A DNA stretch of 64,000 nucleotides from Trichodelitschia bisporula (lineage: Eukaryota): assembly GCA_010356995.1 (NCBI GenBank), contig ML996688.1:1524579-1588578 (forward strand), read 5' to 3'. Below are positions 26,150-36,226 of this stretch, in pieces. Position 1 is the first letter of the stretch; every line of letters begins with the position of its first letter. A program made the position numbers and the translations under genes. The notes below the pieces were generated by a model. That model ran no database searches. It was not told the DNA's origin and saw only the letters and a program-made list of their open reading frames with translations.

Positions 26150-26697
26150 TTACCCGACATTCACGATATCCAACATCAGGTACCCGATACTGACTCACTG
26201 TTACCCACCACTGACCCCAGTTACTCAGTACTGACCAAAATTACCCGGTGCTGGCTACGGTTACCCAGCATGGCAACATACCCGGCTTTGACGACGTTAC
26301 CCGGCACTTGTCCTGCACCCACGACGCCCGGCACTCACGATACCCGGCACTCACAACATACCGGGCATTCACGACCTGCGCCCTCCGATGTGGACACGGA
26401 AGGAGCATTATTATGTCAGGAAGGAGCATACTAACGGACATGATGTAATGAGCGCATGATAGAAGGAAAGGAGCAAAGGAAGATACTAGGCATCGTGTAT
26501 TTTTAAGTCTTGGGAGCCTCTTCTTCTCTTCCTCTCTTCGTCTTCTACTTTCAATCTTCACTTTCCACAGTTGCCGTTGCCTGTGTATGAGCTTTGCGCT
26601 CATCAGATACCCGGCACTGACAACATACCCGGGCATCGGCGATATACCCGGCATTCACGACATCCACCTCAAAACTAGTTACCCGGGACCCACGTAC
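26150..26697. repeat. Degenerate 18-20-bp minisatellite, consensus approximately TTACCCGGCACTSACRACA, in two blocks
   Basis: Units at about 26150, 26181, 26201, 26221, 26241, 26261, 26279, 26297, 26327, 26341 and 26359, then about 26608, 26626, 26645 and 26679. Confidence 0.85.
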
Positions 26698-27008
26698 AGC
26701 ACATGACCAGAAGTACCGTCGATCAAGCATCCATTGCCTACCCGACCCTTGCGGGCAGCTGCCTATCTATCCCCCTACCCCTATACCCGCCCGGCTACGT
26801 AGGAAAAACTATCCATACATCCCCCCAGGTCCAGCCGAGCCAAAACCCAGATAGATACCAGGAAATCTAACGAGCGTATCTCCCCCCCAACCCAAACTTC
26901 CCAAACCTCCCAATCCAAATCCCCCCCCCCCCCCCCCAAAAAAAAAGAAAAACACCGCGCCAGACTCCCTCCCTTGGAGTAGCCCAGACGCCGGCTGGGT
27001 ATCATCCA

Positions 27009-29675
27009 CTACATAACAACGCACTTAAACCCCCCCTCCTTCCCTTCCTTCCCCCTAGGCGCCTCCACCCTCTCCGCCATCACCGCAACCGCAGCCTCCC
27101 CCCTCCGTCCACGCTCATTCCGCCACCACCCGCCCCGACGATCACCCTGCCCCTGCCCCTGTGCCTGCCCTTGCAGCGGCAGGTGCGCCTCACTCCCCCC
27201 CTGGCCCAAACTCGCCAACCTCGTCCCGGCCCTCCGTCCACCCACCGTCGTCTGCCTCCTCGCATCACCCGGCCCGGCACGGCTGCGCATCGGGCTCAGC
27301 GGGCTGCCGGTGCTGGTACTCGGTCTCCGCGCGATCCTGCCCGGCGGCGCACTAGCCTGCTGCACGCCCCCACCCATCTGTCCCAACCCCCCGACACTCG
27401 CGGGTCGACTCGCGCCCAGCATGGAGGGGGGCCGTTCGCGCGGCGCCACAGGTGAAGAGGGCAGGCTGTGCGTCGCCCTCGACGCGCGCAGAGGCGGTGG
27501 TATGAGCAGCGGGGGTTGCTGAGGGCGGGATGACATCTGCGGGCGGAAAGTGCGGCTCAACCGATTCTCCCTCGGGCCGGGGTTAAACGCCGTAGCCAGC
27601 GGCTGCGCCATCGGCGGCTGTGCTTGCGCCTGCGGAATAGAAAGCGGATGCGCCAAATGCCCACCCACAACCCCCACCCCCACCGCCTGCACCCCCGCAA
27701 TCCCCACCGCCCCCGCCTCAGGCTCAGCACTATACGGCGGTGGCGGCGGGACCCAGTTATCCGCGTCGCTCTCGTGGGGCATTTCGCGCAGGCCGTCTGC
27801 GCGGCGGTACTCGAGGGGTCGTTCCGGGAGCGCGCGTAGGTGGGTTCGGTTTGCAGTTGCGGCGACGGTGGCGGCGCGGTGCAGGCTGAAGTGTGAGCGC
27901 GGTTGGGCGTTGGCGTAGGGCTCGTCGAGGGGGGGGATGGGGCCGTCCTCGTCCGGGATGAGGGGGAGGGTGTTGTCGTCTGTGGTTGAGACGGAGCTGA
28001 GGCTGCGCCGGCGCCGGGAGGGGTGCGTGTGGGAGTCGGAGGAGAGGGCGAGGTCGCGCAGGGTTACGATGGAGGCATTGCGCGCGGAGCCGGAGGAGAG
28101 GCTCCTCCTGGGCCGATCGCGTGGCCCTGGGGAATGCTCGGGGCGCGAGCGGTGTATTTGCGTCCGGCGGCGCACGAGGTCGACTTCCCGCTCTAGCTCG
28201 AGCTGTTCGTCACCCAGCGCCTCGGTCGGCACCAGGTCGTCGAGGGAGAGGGTGAGGGTTGCCGGGGGAGACGGCGGGGCGGAGCTAAAGTCTATGAGGA
28301 GGATTTTGCCGCTGGCCGTCGGCGCGACGGTGGGGACCACGTCCTCGGGCATAGCAAGGGTGACGGTGCTGAGCAGCGCGATGAGGCGCTGCGTCGGTCC
28401 CGTCGGGGGCTGCAGCCAGCGGACGCAGGTGAGGAGTTCAGCGGGGGCGGCTTCGTCCTTGGGCGGGAGGGGCGCGCGCTGGCAGGGCGTGAGGGCGGGG
28501 ATGTCGCCTGCGGAGGAGGGGGAGGTAGGCGAGGCGTCGTCGCGCCAGGAGGGTGGGATGCGATACACCCATATTTCTTTACTGCTTTTCAGGCGCACGG
28601 CGACGGCGGCGCTCCGCCCGTCGCTGGATATAGCGGGCAAGGGGTCTTCGGGCCGCTCCGAGCGGCCCCAGCGTACGTCGGGGGGGGGGTCGAGTTTTTT
28701 AGAGCTGAAGCGCTTGGCTGTCATGTCGAAGACAGCGAAGCGCGCGGCTTGCGCGTCGTACGCGAGGAGCTCGTTTGTAGGCCCCGGGCCGGATTCGGGC
28801 AGGAAGGCGGCCTGGCGCGCGGCGAAGCGCTCAGGGAAGAGCAGTTGCGAGATCCAGATTTTGCCGAGGGGGGGGGGGGCGGCGATGATGTCTTCGTTGA
28901 AGGTATCCTCTAGCGCGCTGTCGATGGATATCACGGTTGATTGGCGGCAGCGACGCGCGGGGCCAGTGATGAGCAGCGAGCGGCCGTCTTCGGAGAAGGA
29001 GAGCGTTTCTACGGCCCCGCTGTTTATGTGTCGTTTGTCTGTTTCGAGACACCCCGGGCTCAGGTTGCAGATCTCGATCCCGCCGTCCGACCCTGCGGCT
29101 ACGGCGTCGCCGGCGCTGGAGAGGGCTAAGGCTTTGGCTTCGTTGTTCAGGTATACGGTGTGGAGCTTGCGGTTTGGGGCGGTCAAGATATCCACGCCGC
29201 CGTCGCCGCACTGGTAGACGTCGATTTTGTGAGGCGTGGTTAGGACGGCGAAGCGCCCTGTGTCGGTGATGGCGACGGCGAGGGGTTTGCGGCGTATGCG
29301 GAAGACGCGGCAGTGGTTCTTGTAGTCGGGTAGATGCGCGGCGGAGAGCACGTAGAGGACGGAGGAGCTGTAGGCTACGACCCACCGGCCCTTTGGTGAG
29401 ATGCTCAGACCGAAGGATTCGGGGAAGGCGCTTGAGGTGGCGGTTATGGAGACTAGGGATATGGTTGTTGTGTGGGGGGTGAGGGCGGGGAGATCGGGCG
29501 CTGTGAGGGGGTTTAGGGATGTTGAGGTTGAGGAGCTGGTGGGGGACATGTCGATGGTGTCGGTGGGGGAGAGGGAGTGTAGCGACGTCGACGTCGCGGT
29601 GGCCATGAGGGCGTACTTGTCCGTGTCGGGGCCATCGCAGTGGGGAGACAGAGGGGGTGGATTCGTTGAGTCCAT
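27009..29675 (-). CDS. WD40-like beta-propeller protein with disordered C-terminus, PPPY motif and CaaX
   Basis: Intronless 888-aa ORF with blade-like segments LSISPKGRWVVA, VAITDTGRFAV, LALSSAGDAVAAG, LSFSEDGRSLLI and AISSDGRSAAV. Contains WVPPPPPY and ends KCVVM-stop. Confidence 0.8.
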   Translation of the reverse strand: MDSTNPPPLSPHCDGPDTDKYALMATATSTSLHSLSPTDTIDMSPTSSSTSTSLNPLTAPDLPALTPHTTTISLVSITATSSAFPESFGLSISPKGRWVVAYSSSVLYVLSAAHLPDYKNHCRVFRIRRKPLAVAITDTGRFAVLTTPHKIDVYQCGDGGVDILTAPNRKLHTVYLNNEAKALALSSAGDAVAAGSDGGIEICNLSPGCLETDKRHINSGAVETLSFSEDGRSLLITGPARRCRQSTVISIDSALEDTFNEDIIAAPPPLGKIWISQLLFPERFAARQAAFLPESGPGPTNELLAYDAQAARFAVFDMTAKRFSSKKLDPPPDVRWGRSERPEDPLPAISSDGRSAAVAVRLKSSKEIWVYRIPPSWRDDASPTSPSSAGDIPALTPCQRAPLPPKDEAAPAELLTCVRWLQPPTGPTQRLIALLSTVTLAMPEDVVPTVAPTASGKILLIDFSSAPPSPPATLTLSLDDLVPTEALGDEQLELEREVDLVRRRTQIHRSRPEHSPGPRDRPRRSLSSGSARNASIVTLRDLALSSDSHTHPSRRRRSLSSVSTTDDNTLPLIPDEDGPIPPLDEPYANAQPRSHFSLHRAATVAATANRTHLRALPERPLEYRRADGLREMPHESDADNWVPPPPPYSAEPEAGAVGIAGVQAVGVGVVGGHLAHPLSIPQAQAQPPMAQPLATAFNPGPRENRLSRTFRPQMSSRPQQPPLLIPPPLRASRATHSLPSSPVAPRERPPSMLGASRPASVGGLGQMGGGVQQASAPPGRIARRPSTSTGSPLSPMRSRAGPGDARRQTTVGGRRAGTRLASLGQGGSEAHLPLQGQAQGQGQGDRRGGWWRNERGRRGEAAVAVMAERVEAPRGKEGKEGGFKCVVM

Positions 29676-30263
29676 TGGGGGCGGGCTAGGACATTGTGGA
29701 GGTCGTCATTGATGGGGGATTTGTGCGGGGAGGGTAGAGTTGCTGTAGGCTGCGTGGTCAGCGAGGCTGCGTAAAGGACTACGTCGCGGACATCGAGTAG
29801 GCCAGTTGGTCGCTGAGGCAGTAGAAGCGGTGTCCCCAACGAAAGGGGGAGGGGGGGGCGAGGCTGATGATGTTGGCGGCGTTGGAAGGTTGTCGATTCG
29901 ATTGCTGACAAGCTGTGTGGTTCGGCTCTCTCCGTTCCGTATCTCTCTTGCGGAGGAGTGAGAGTGAGGGAGAAAGAGGAGGGAAGGACAAAGCAGGGTG
30001 AGCGAGGGTTGAGGCGAGCGCCGATCTGGGGGGGCTATTATTAGCATCATCGCCCACACTCATCTGCCTTGGGTTTGGCGTCGACATCATAAATTAACTG
30101 CTCAAACACCATAGCACTAGCCACACTTGCGCGTCACTAGCCACAGTTAGGGGGATCACCGAGTTCCGCTTTGGGATGGATGTTCACCGCTCCATTACGG
30201 ATGTGCAGTTAAAGATAAACGACAGAAATCCTACAGCTCCGATCGCTCTATGACCTTACCAGC

Positions 30264-31514
30264 CTACCCCCCCCCCCCCCCATCATCCCCAGTAACGTGC
30301 AAAAGAAACAATCTCCCCTCACTAATCTCACACCCCACCCCAAGCAGTTCCCATCTACTCCCCGCACTGACCCCAACCTCCTCCATAACAGGTAACAAAT
30401 CCTCCCTCCCCACATCCGTAACATAAACATCCCCCCCCCGCACCTTACTCCTCCCCACCCTCTTCAACCGCCCATTCTCCACTGCCGCCGCAGCAACAAG
30501 ATCAAACAACCCCCCCTTCTGCTCGCGCCTCTTCTCCGCCCTCACCCTCGCCTCCTGCGCTTTGTCCGCCATCCCAGCAGCTGGGTTCTGGGCTACGATC
30601 CAGAACATCCACGTCGGCGTCCCCTCCTCGTCGTTCATGATCACGGGCTCCGTGCGCGGCGCACCCGGGGAGGGGAGCGGGTCGAGACTCGCTGCGAGCG
30701 CTGCGGCCTGCGCGCGTGGGTCTACGTCGCCGAATTCGCCCCGCAAGCCGCGGTGCCCCGGGTATTGATGTCTGCCACCGGGTAGATTGCCCCATTGACC
30801 ACGCGGGCTGGGGTCGCGCGGGCGAGGCCGGCCGCCGAGATTCATGTTCCCGAATTGCCGATCCAAGTCAGCGCCGGCACGGCCGCGGGGCTGCTCGTCG
30901 AAGTCGGGGTCGAAGTCGCCCTCTATCTCATCTTCCCTATCCCGGCCGTCATCTTCGGCCCCTTCCTCTCCCTCCCCTTCATCCCCCCAATCCTCACCCT
31001 CCTGTCCTCGCGGCGGCGCACCAGGCTGATTCCCCACGCCCTGCCCAAGCCCTCCCCGCGGCCCCACACCACGCTGATTCCCCACCCCCCCCCCAACCCT
31101 CTCCGCCATACCCACAGGAACGTACCCGCGCTGTCTATCCAGCCCAAACCGCGCCCCCGGCGGCGCAAACGGAGGCATACGGCGCACACCCGGCGGCCTC
31201 CCCGCCTCCACCTCCCGTATCGTGTGCCGCACCACCTCCATACTCCGAACTCGCCACGCGTCCCACTCCGCGGACATGCGCGGCGGGAGCATTGCCCGCA
31301 GCGTCACCATCACTTGGTGGATAGCGTCGAAGGCGGCGTTTTGGCGGATGATGTAGAGGACGTAGCCGGGCTCACCTGGGTTCGGGAGGGGCGTGGTGGC
31401 GATGGTGAGGAGGGTTTGCAGGGCGTCTTGGGCGGCGTTGAGATGTGGGGCTAGGGCGGCCAGGGGGGGGGCGAGACGGCGGGCGTGCCGTATTTCGGCG
31501 GGTTGGCGGTACAT
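30264..31514 (-). CDS. Hypothetical protein with helical N-terminus and Gly/Arg-rich and acidic low-complexity middle
   Basis: Long open frame whose first ATG is at 31514 (MYRQPAEIRH...). No family recognised. Confidence 0.55.
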   Translation of the reverse strand: MYRQPAEIRHARRLAPPLAALAPHLNAAQDALQTLLTIATTPLPNPGEPGYVLYIIRQNAAFDAIHQVMVTLRAMLPPRMSAEWDAWRVRSMEVVRHTIREVEAGRPPGVRRMPPFAPPGARFGLDRQRGYVPVGMAERVGGGVGNQRGVGPRGGLGQGVGNQPGAPPRGQEGEDWGDEGEGEEGAEDDGRDREDEIEGDFDPDFDEQPRGRAGADLDRQFGNMNLGGRPRPRDPSPRGQWGNLPGGRHQYPGHRGLRGEFGDVDPRAQAAALAASLDPLPSPGAPRTEPVIMNDEEGTPTWMFWIVAQNPAAGMADKAQEARVRAEKRREQKGGLFDLVAAAAVENGRLKRVGRSKVRGGDVYVTDVGREDLLPVMEEVGVSAGSRWELLGVGCEISEGRLFLLHVTGDDGGGGG

Positions 31515-32170
31515 TGTTGCGGGGGGTGGGTGGGGGTGTGTTAAGGTGTGCTCGGGAGGTCGTTGTTGGCTGTTGTTGGGCCTTTCGCCTCGTTGGATGG
31601 GCAAATGGCGCCCTTGGTCTGGAGTGAGTTTCCGCTTTTGCACCCCTTAAGAGAAGGAGCTCTCACTATCGAGCCTGTGTTCAGGCGATCCTGGTCGCCG
31701 CCTGCCGTACTCGTACCACTCAGGTTCAATCCTGAGCTCCACGCGTACTTGAACGTTGATTTTGTAGTTTGCGGGAAATCGTTGAGGTTGGCGGTCATGA
31801 AGGTAGCCTCGTGATCTGGTTCGTAGAAACTTGGGGTCAGGTGCCGCCATCTTGCCGGCCTTTTATACCCCGTGGGCTGTGAATGTATGCTGGATGAATG
31901 TACTTCCTCTGCGCAGTGAAAAACAAGGCCTATCGTGAAAGCCGGTACAGTGGATTGCACTTGCAAGAAGAGATGGGAATAATTAGTTTGTCGTAGAGAC
32001 CGGGAAGCCGTCACTTTTATAACTCCTGCCGCCTAGACGACTAGCACCCAGTTTGGAAAGACGCAGAAAGTAGGACAATCGGAATATGAGCAATTATGTC
32101 TGCTACTTCCGAAACATCCCGTCCAAAGCAGAGTGCGTCGTTTGGCTTCTGAGTGCAGCTGCACTCCTCT

Positions 32171-33933
32171 TTATTCCTCCTGCTGGCGCATATGGGTAGG
32201 TAAATTCCAGCTAGAGTAATCCAGATGCACAAACGCGCGGTCGACGTACGGCACGCTCTCAAGAACATACTGCAGGCTCTCACCCAGGTCGTGGCTGTCG
32301 CGCAGATTCATATTTTCGTCCAGGACCACGTCGACCTCGACAATCAGCTTGTCGCCGCCGTGGTAAGCCTGCAAGCCTTGGATCTGCTTGATTGTCTTCG
32401 CGAAGCGCATCGTCAAGTACAGAAGTACATTCCGCTCGTCTGCGGTTGCGGCGGCGCCGGAGAGGTTGCGAATGTGAGTGAGTGTCGTGTGTGACCAGGC
32501 GAAGATGACATACAGGGCGAGCAGGATGCCGCCGAGTGAATCGAGCCACCAGATGCGCGCATAATAGCCAACTACAGGCGTTAATACTGCTCCTGATCCG
32601 GATGAATTTACTCACCAAGTGGGAATATGATACTGAAGGTGTTGAACACCACGTCAGTTGCCGCATCCTGCGCCAATGCTTGCACGCTGCTGTTGTTGAT
32701 CAAGCGACACCACAGCCAGCATCCGCCCTTGATAACAACTGTCGCGGCCATGATAGCAATCGCTGCAGGTGTGAGATTGACAATCTCGCCCTCACCCTTT
32801 GTTAACCGCGACAGACCCTCGAGTGCAACTTGGAAGAAGGATGTGATCATGATCACGCTGAACACCAGTACACCGATAGGCTCCAAGCGGCGCCGACCCG
32901 CGGGGTATCCGTGGTCATCGCGCTGCGATATGAGCCGTGTGGTGACCCACACAATAGCAGTAGACAGGAAGTCGAGCGCCGCGTCCACCATAGATGCAAG
33001 CACGGACACCGAGGACGTGAGTACCGCAACCATGACCTTCAGGACCAGTAAAATCGCATTGGCGGCCATGTTGCCGTAAATAGCCCAACGGACCACGGGC
33101 TCCGACCCGTCAACATCATCGTCTGGCACGTAGTCTGGCAGCGGGATGCGGTCCTCTTCTTCATCCTCGATATCCGTAGGCCGTATAAGTGGGGTGCTCT
33201 CGTCAGGGATTTTGTAGAGATTCTTTGGCGTACGCTTGAGGCGTGTGGCACTGCTGCTCTGCGGCATGCCATTCAGCTCGCTTTCGGGGGTGGGGAGCTC
33301 CAGCGGCGTGGGCAGCTCCTCATGGATAGTGGGGGGCACGCCGTTAGACGTGTTTGTGTACTCCTGGATCAGATCGTGCGGAAGCGAGGAGTCGAGCAGC
33401 TTGTCAATGTAGAGGTACTGCTGGATGAGGGTGTTGTTGCGCTCGTAGTACTCGCGGCTGCCATGAGATCAGTCGGGTGCAAAACGACAACTGTCTGGGC
33501 CAACTCACATGGGCTTCTTCATCCGCGAAAGCTCCTCCTCCGTCTTGAAGTACTGTTCCCAACGATATCGCGGATTCGAATACCCAATCAGCCGCTGACT
33601 GCGCATTTGAGGAGCCATGAGCGCGCGTGCACCATCGCTGGCCCTCCGCTCCACTTGCGGCATGCCCCACATCCACACGCCATCCTCAATACTGTCCCTC
33701 CTTCCTTCCTCTTCGTGTGCGGCGGCACCTGCCGCATGTCCGGGAAGGCGCAGAGCGCTCGAGTTGCGACGAATGCTGCCCCCTGGCGTGGCCAGCCCTT
33801 GCAGCAAGCCGGGCAAGTTCTGCCCGCGTGTGGATATGGGCCGTGGGAGGACATCTTCGCTGAGCTGAAGGAATGGTCTGGGTTGTGGGCGTTGGGGAGT
33901 TATGTCGGTTCGTGGAGAGGCTGGGCGGGACAT
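32171..33933 (-). CDS. Cation diffusion facilitator (Mn-CDF/MTP-like), 3 exons
   Basis: Introns 33508-33458 and 32615-32572. Motifs IREYYERNN, SVLASMVDAALDFLS, YPAGRRRLEPIG, ALAQDAATD, SHDLGESLQ and VDRAFVHLDY. DxxxD metal sites are typical of the Mn clade. Confidence 0.93.
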
Positions 33934-35722
33934 GATCGCGGTGGCGGGGTGAGCTTCAAGCTCCCTGGTCCAGTGAATGGGGGATGTTGCAATTGCGCGG
34001 TGTGACGTGCGAATTGATAGTAGTTGTAGTGAATGCGGATTAGACGTGGTGTTGGTGACAGAGGTAAATCAGCGCATAGAACTAGGTTTTCAGCAAGCTC
34101 AGTGACGAGCCTTTTTCCTTACTCCCCTTCACGGAGAGGGTTTATCTCTCGTCGCGCCGCACGACGTCGGCGCTAGCAGGGATTGGTGTGGCTGAAGTGG
34201 CAAGGAGTGGGGGTCTTTGGTCAAATAAATGACGTCCGACTTTGACACCACTCTGGCGGAAGATATCAGAACATCTCTGCTGGAAGGAAGCCTCAAATCT
34301 TTCTCCGATAAAGAGCGAGAGTAATGCACATTGGCCAGATAGCGGGAGTTCCATGACTGCTCATCCTGAAAGTATTCTAGCCCTTGTCCTCATACTTATC
34401 GTTACTTCCACATTCAATGACCCCAGCCCTCAGCTCTTCGTAGGCATGGATGAATATGACTGCGAACAGCGGAGGAACGGGGCGCAAGTCTCTTCGAGTG
34501 GGATTCGAGGCCATTATCGATGGAGCGTAATCACTAGATCGGTATCTTTGACACCAACGCTTCTTACGAGCTCGAAAGCTAGATACTTCAGGATGTTTGG
34601 TAGCCGAAGAACTTGTCCCACCCCTATTCAGCATTTAGCATTTAGCATCCAGCCTTATGTCCTAACCATCACTAACATGCAACCTCGGGGTTCTCTCTGC
34701 CAAAATTGATGGATGGAAAGTGCGGGCACGGGCAATATATAGGAATATTAGCATTTCAAGGAAAGTGACGTCCCGCAACGGATCTGGCTGTGAGCATGGT
34801 GCCCAGGAGGAGACTTTTCGGTAGAAGCGTGTTGACGGTTGTCAATCCCGATTCCCTGAGATATGTTTGCATGAGAGTCCCGTAAGCTCTGGGGGGTTGA
34901 GACGGCACTCTTGAGCTCGTAAAGGGCCTGATGTCCGCCTCAAAATCTGTGATTTCGGCAGTAAATGGCACTTGCGGCAGTCTGCTCTCTGACCCACGTT
35001 GGAAGAGGACCATTGCGGCGCCTTTGACGCGGCTTTTCACGTTGTGGAGAGGCATCCAGATCCAAGGCCCGCGCCAAAGCTCACTTCACCAGATGACGGT
35101 TCCGGAAAACAAGGAGGGCCTTGCTGAAGCAAGCTGACATACTGACCGAACTTCCCACCGCAATGAAGTTGCGAACCGGATTTCAAGGAGTTCCGCGGAA
35201 GAACAGCAGTGAGGTTCAGCTGCGAAGCTACACACTTTCCCTCCGTTTGGGCCCCATGCTATGGGGCAGACGGCGCGAACAGTATTGAGTTGTCTGAAGT
35301 CGATACCAAATCAACTCTTTGCATTCGGCATGCAAGCCATATGCGCTGCTCGACTCGAAGTCCTCCCCGGTTCCTGGGTGACTGATAGCACGGCATATTG
35401 GTCGACTGCCGTCGTGGCAAGTCTCAGATCCTCTGCGTCTCTCGCAAAGCTAGCTGAATAGGGGATCAGCCTCTCAGTATCCGAGGATCAGCGCTCGTGT
35501 GCCGTGATTTCCTGGGATTCACTCCGAAAGGTTGCGGTGAAGCCTGCAGGTCCACATTTTGCAGTTGCACCGCCGCTGGATCAGAGATTTCCTAGCCACT
35601 AAAGACGAGAAGACGGGTCAGTAAGCCCCTATTCCGATGAACACTCACTTCGAAAGAGTCTGTGATGTTATCGATATTGTCGCTGGAATCTTCAGCCAAC
35701 ATGACTCTCCTCAAACGACATA

Positions 35723-36226
35723 TCATGCCTCAGTCGTAACCCACTCATACGTGGGTGCTGGCCTTGATTGAGCAAAGATCATCCTGACCGAACCACAGAC
35801 AGCACAGAAACAGGCTTCACATGCCCCGCAGGCCACACAACAGCAGAACGTGCTCATGCCGCTGCAACAGGATCCAGGTAACCACAGCATAACACCACAT
35901 ACATCGCCGCCCCCCATAATCGGGCCCTAAGGTGTACAACCTACTGCCGCACCCCCTTCCTCCCTGGCAGCACGTCTCACCGCATCGCCCACACCACACG
36001 CCGTGGCGTCAATGACAGCGGGACGAGCATCCCCGTTCCGAAGCCTAAAGCGGGACCGCATGTCGTGCAGCGCAGCGAGACACAATGCGGCAAGCAGGCC
36101 AAGCTGCCCACCGCCCGTTTGCGGAAGCAATGATCCAGTGGACGCGTGTCCTGACGAAGAGGCGGTGGCTCGAAGCTGCTGGTTGATGGGACGAGGCGTT
36201 TCAGGCACGGGTATAATTGGCGGCAT
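35723..36226 (-). CDS. Possible small protein with Cys-rich hydrophobic C-terminus
   Basis: Two same-frame ORFs separated by one TAG (35929-35927). A putative 54-nt intron 35980-35927 (GTGAGA...TAG, no clear branch site) would join them. Confidence 0.3.

Noticed and set aside
26150..26697. CRISPR-like appearance of the repeat array
   Set aside because: Units are contiguous and degenerate with no unique spacers, there are no cas genes, and the context is eukaryotic.
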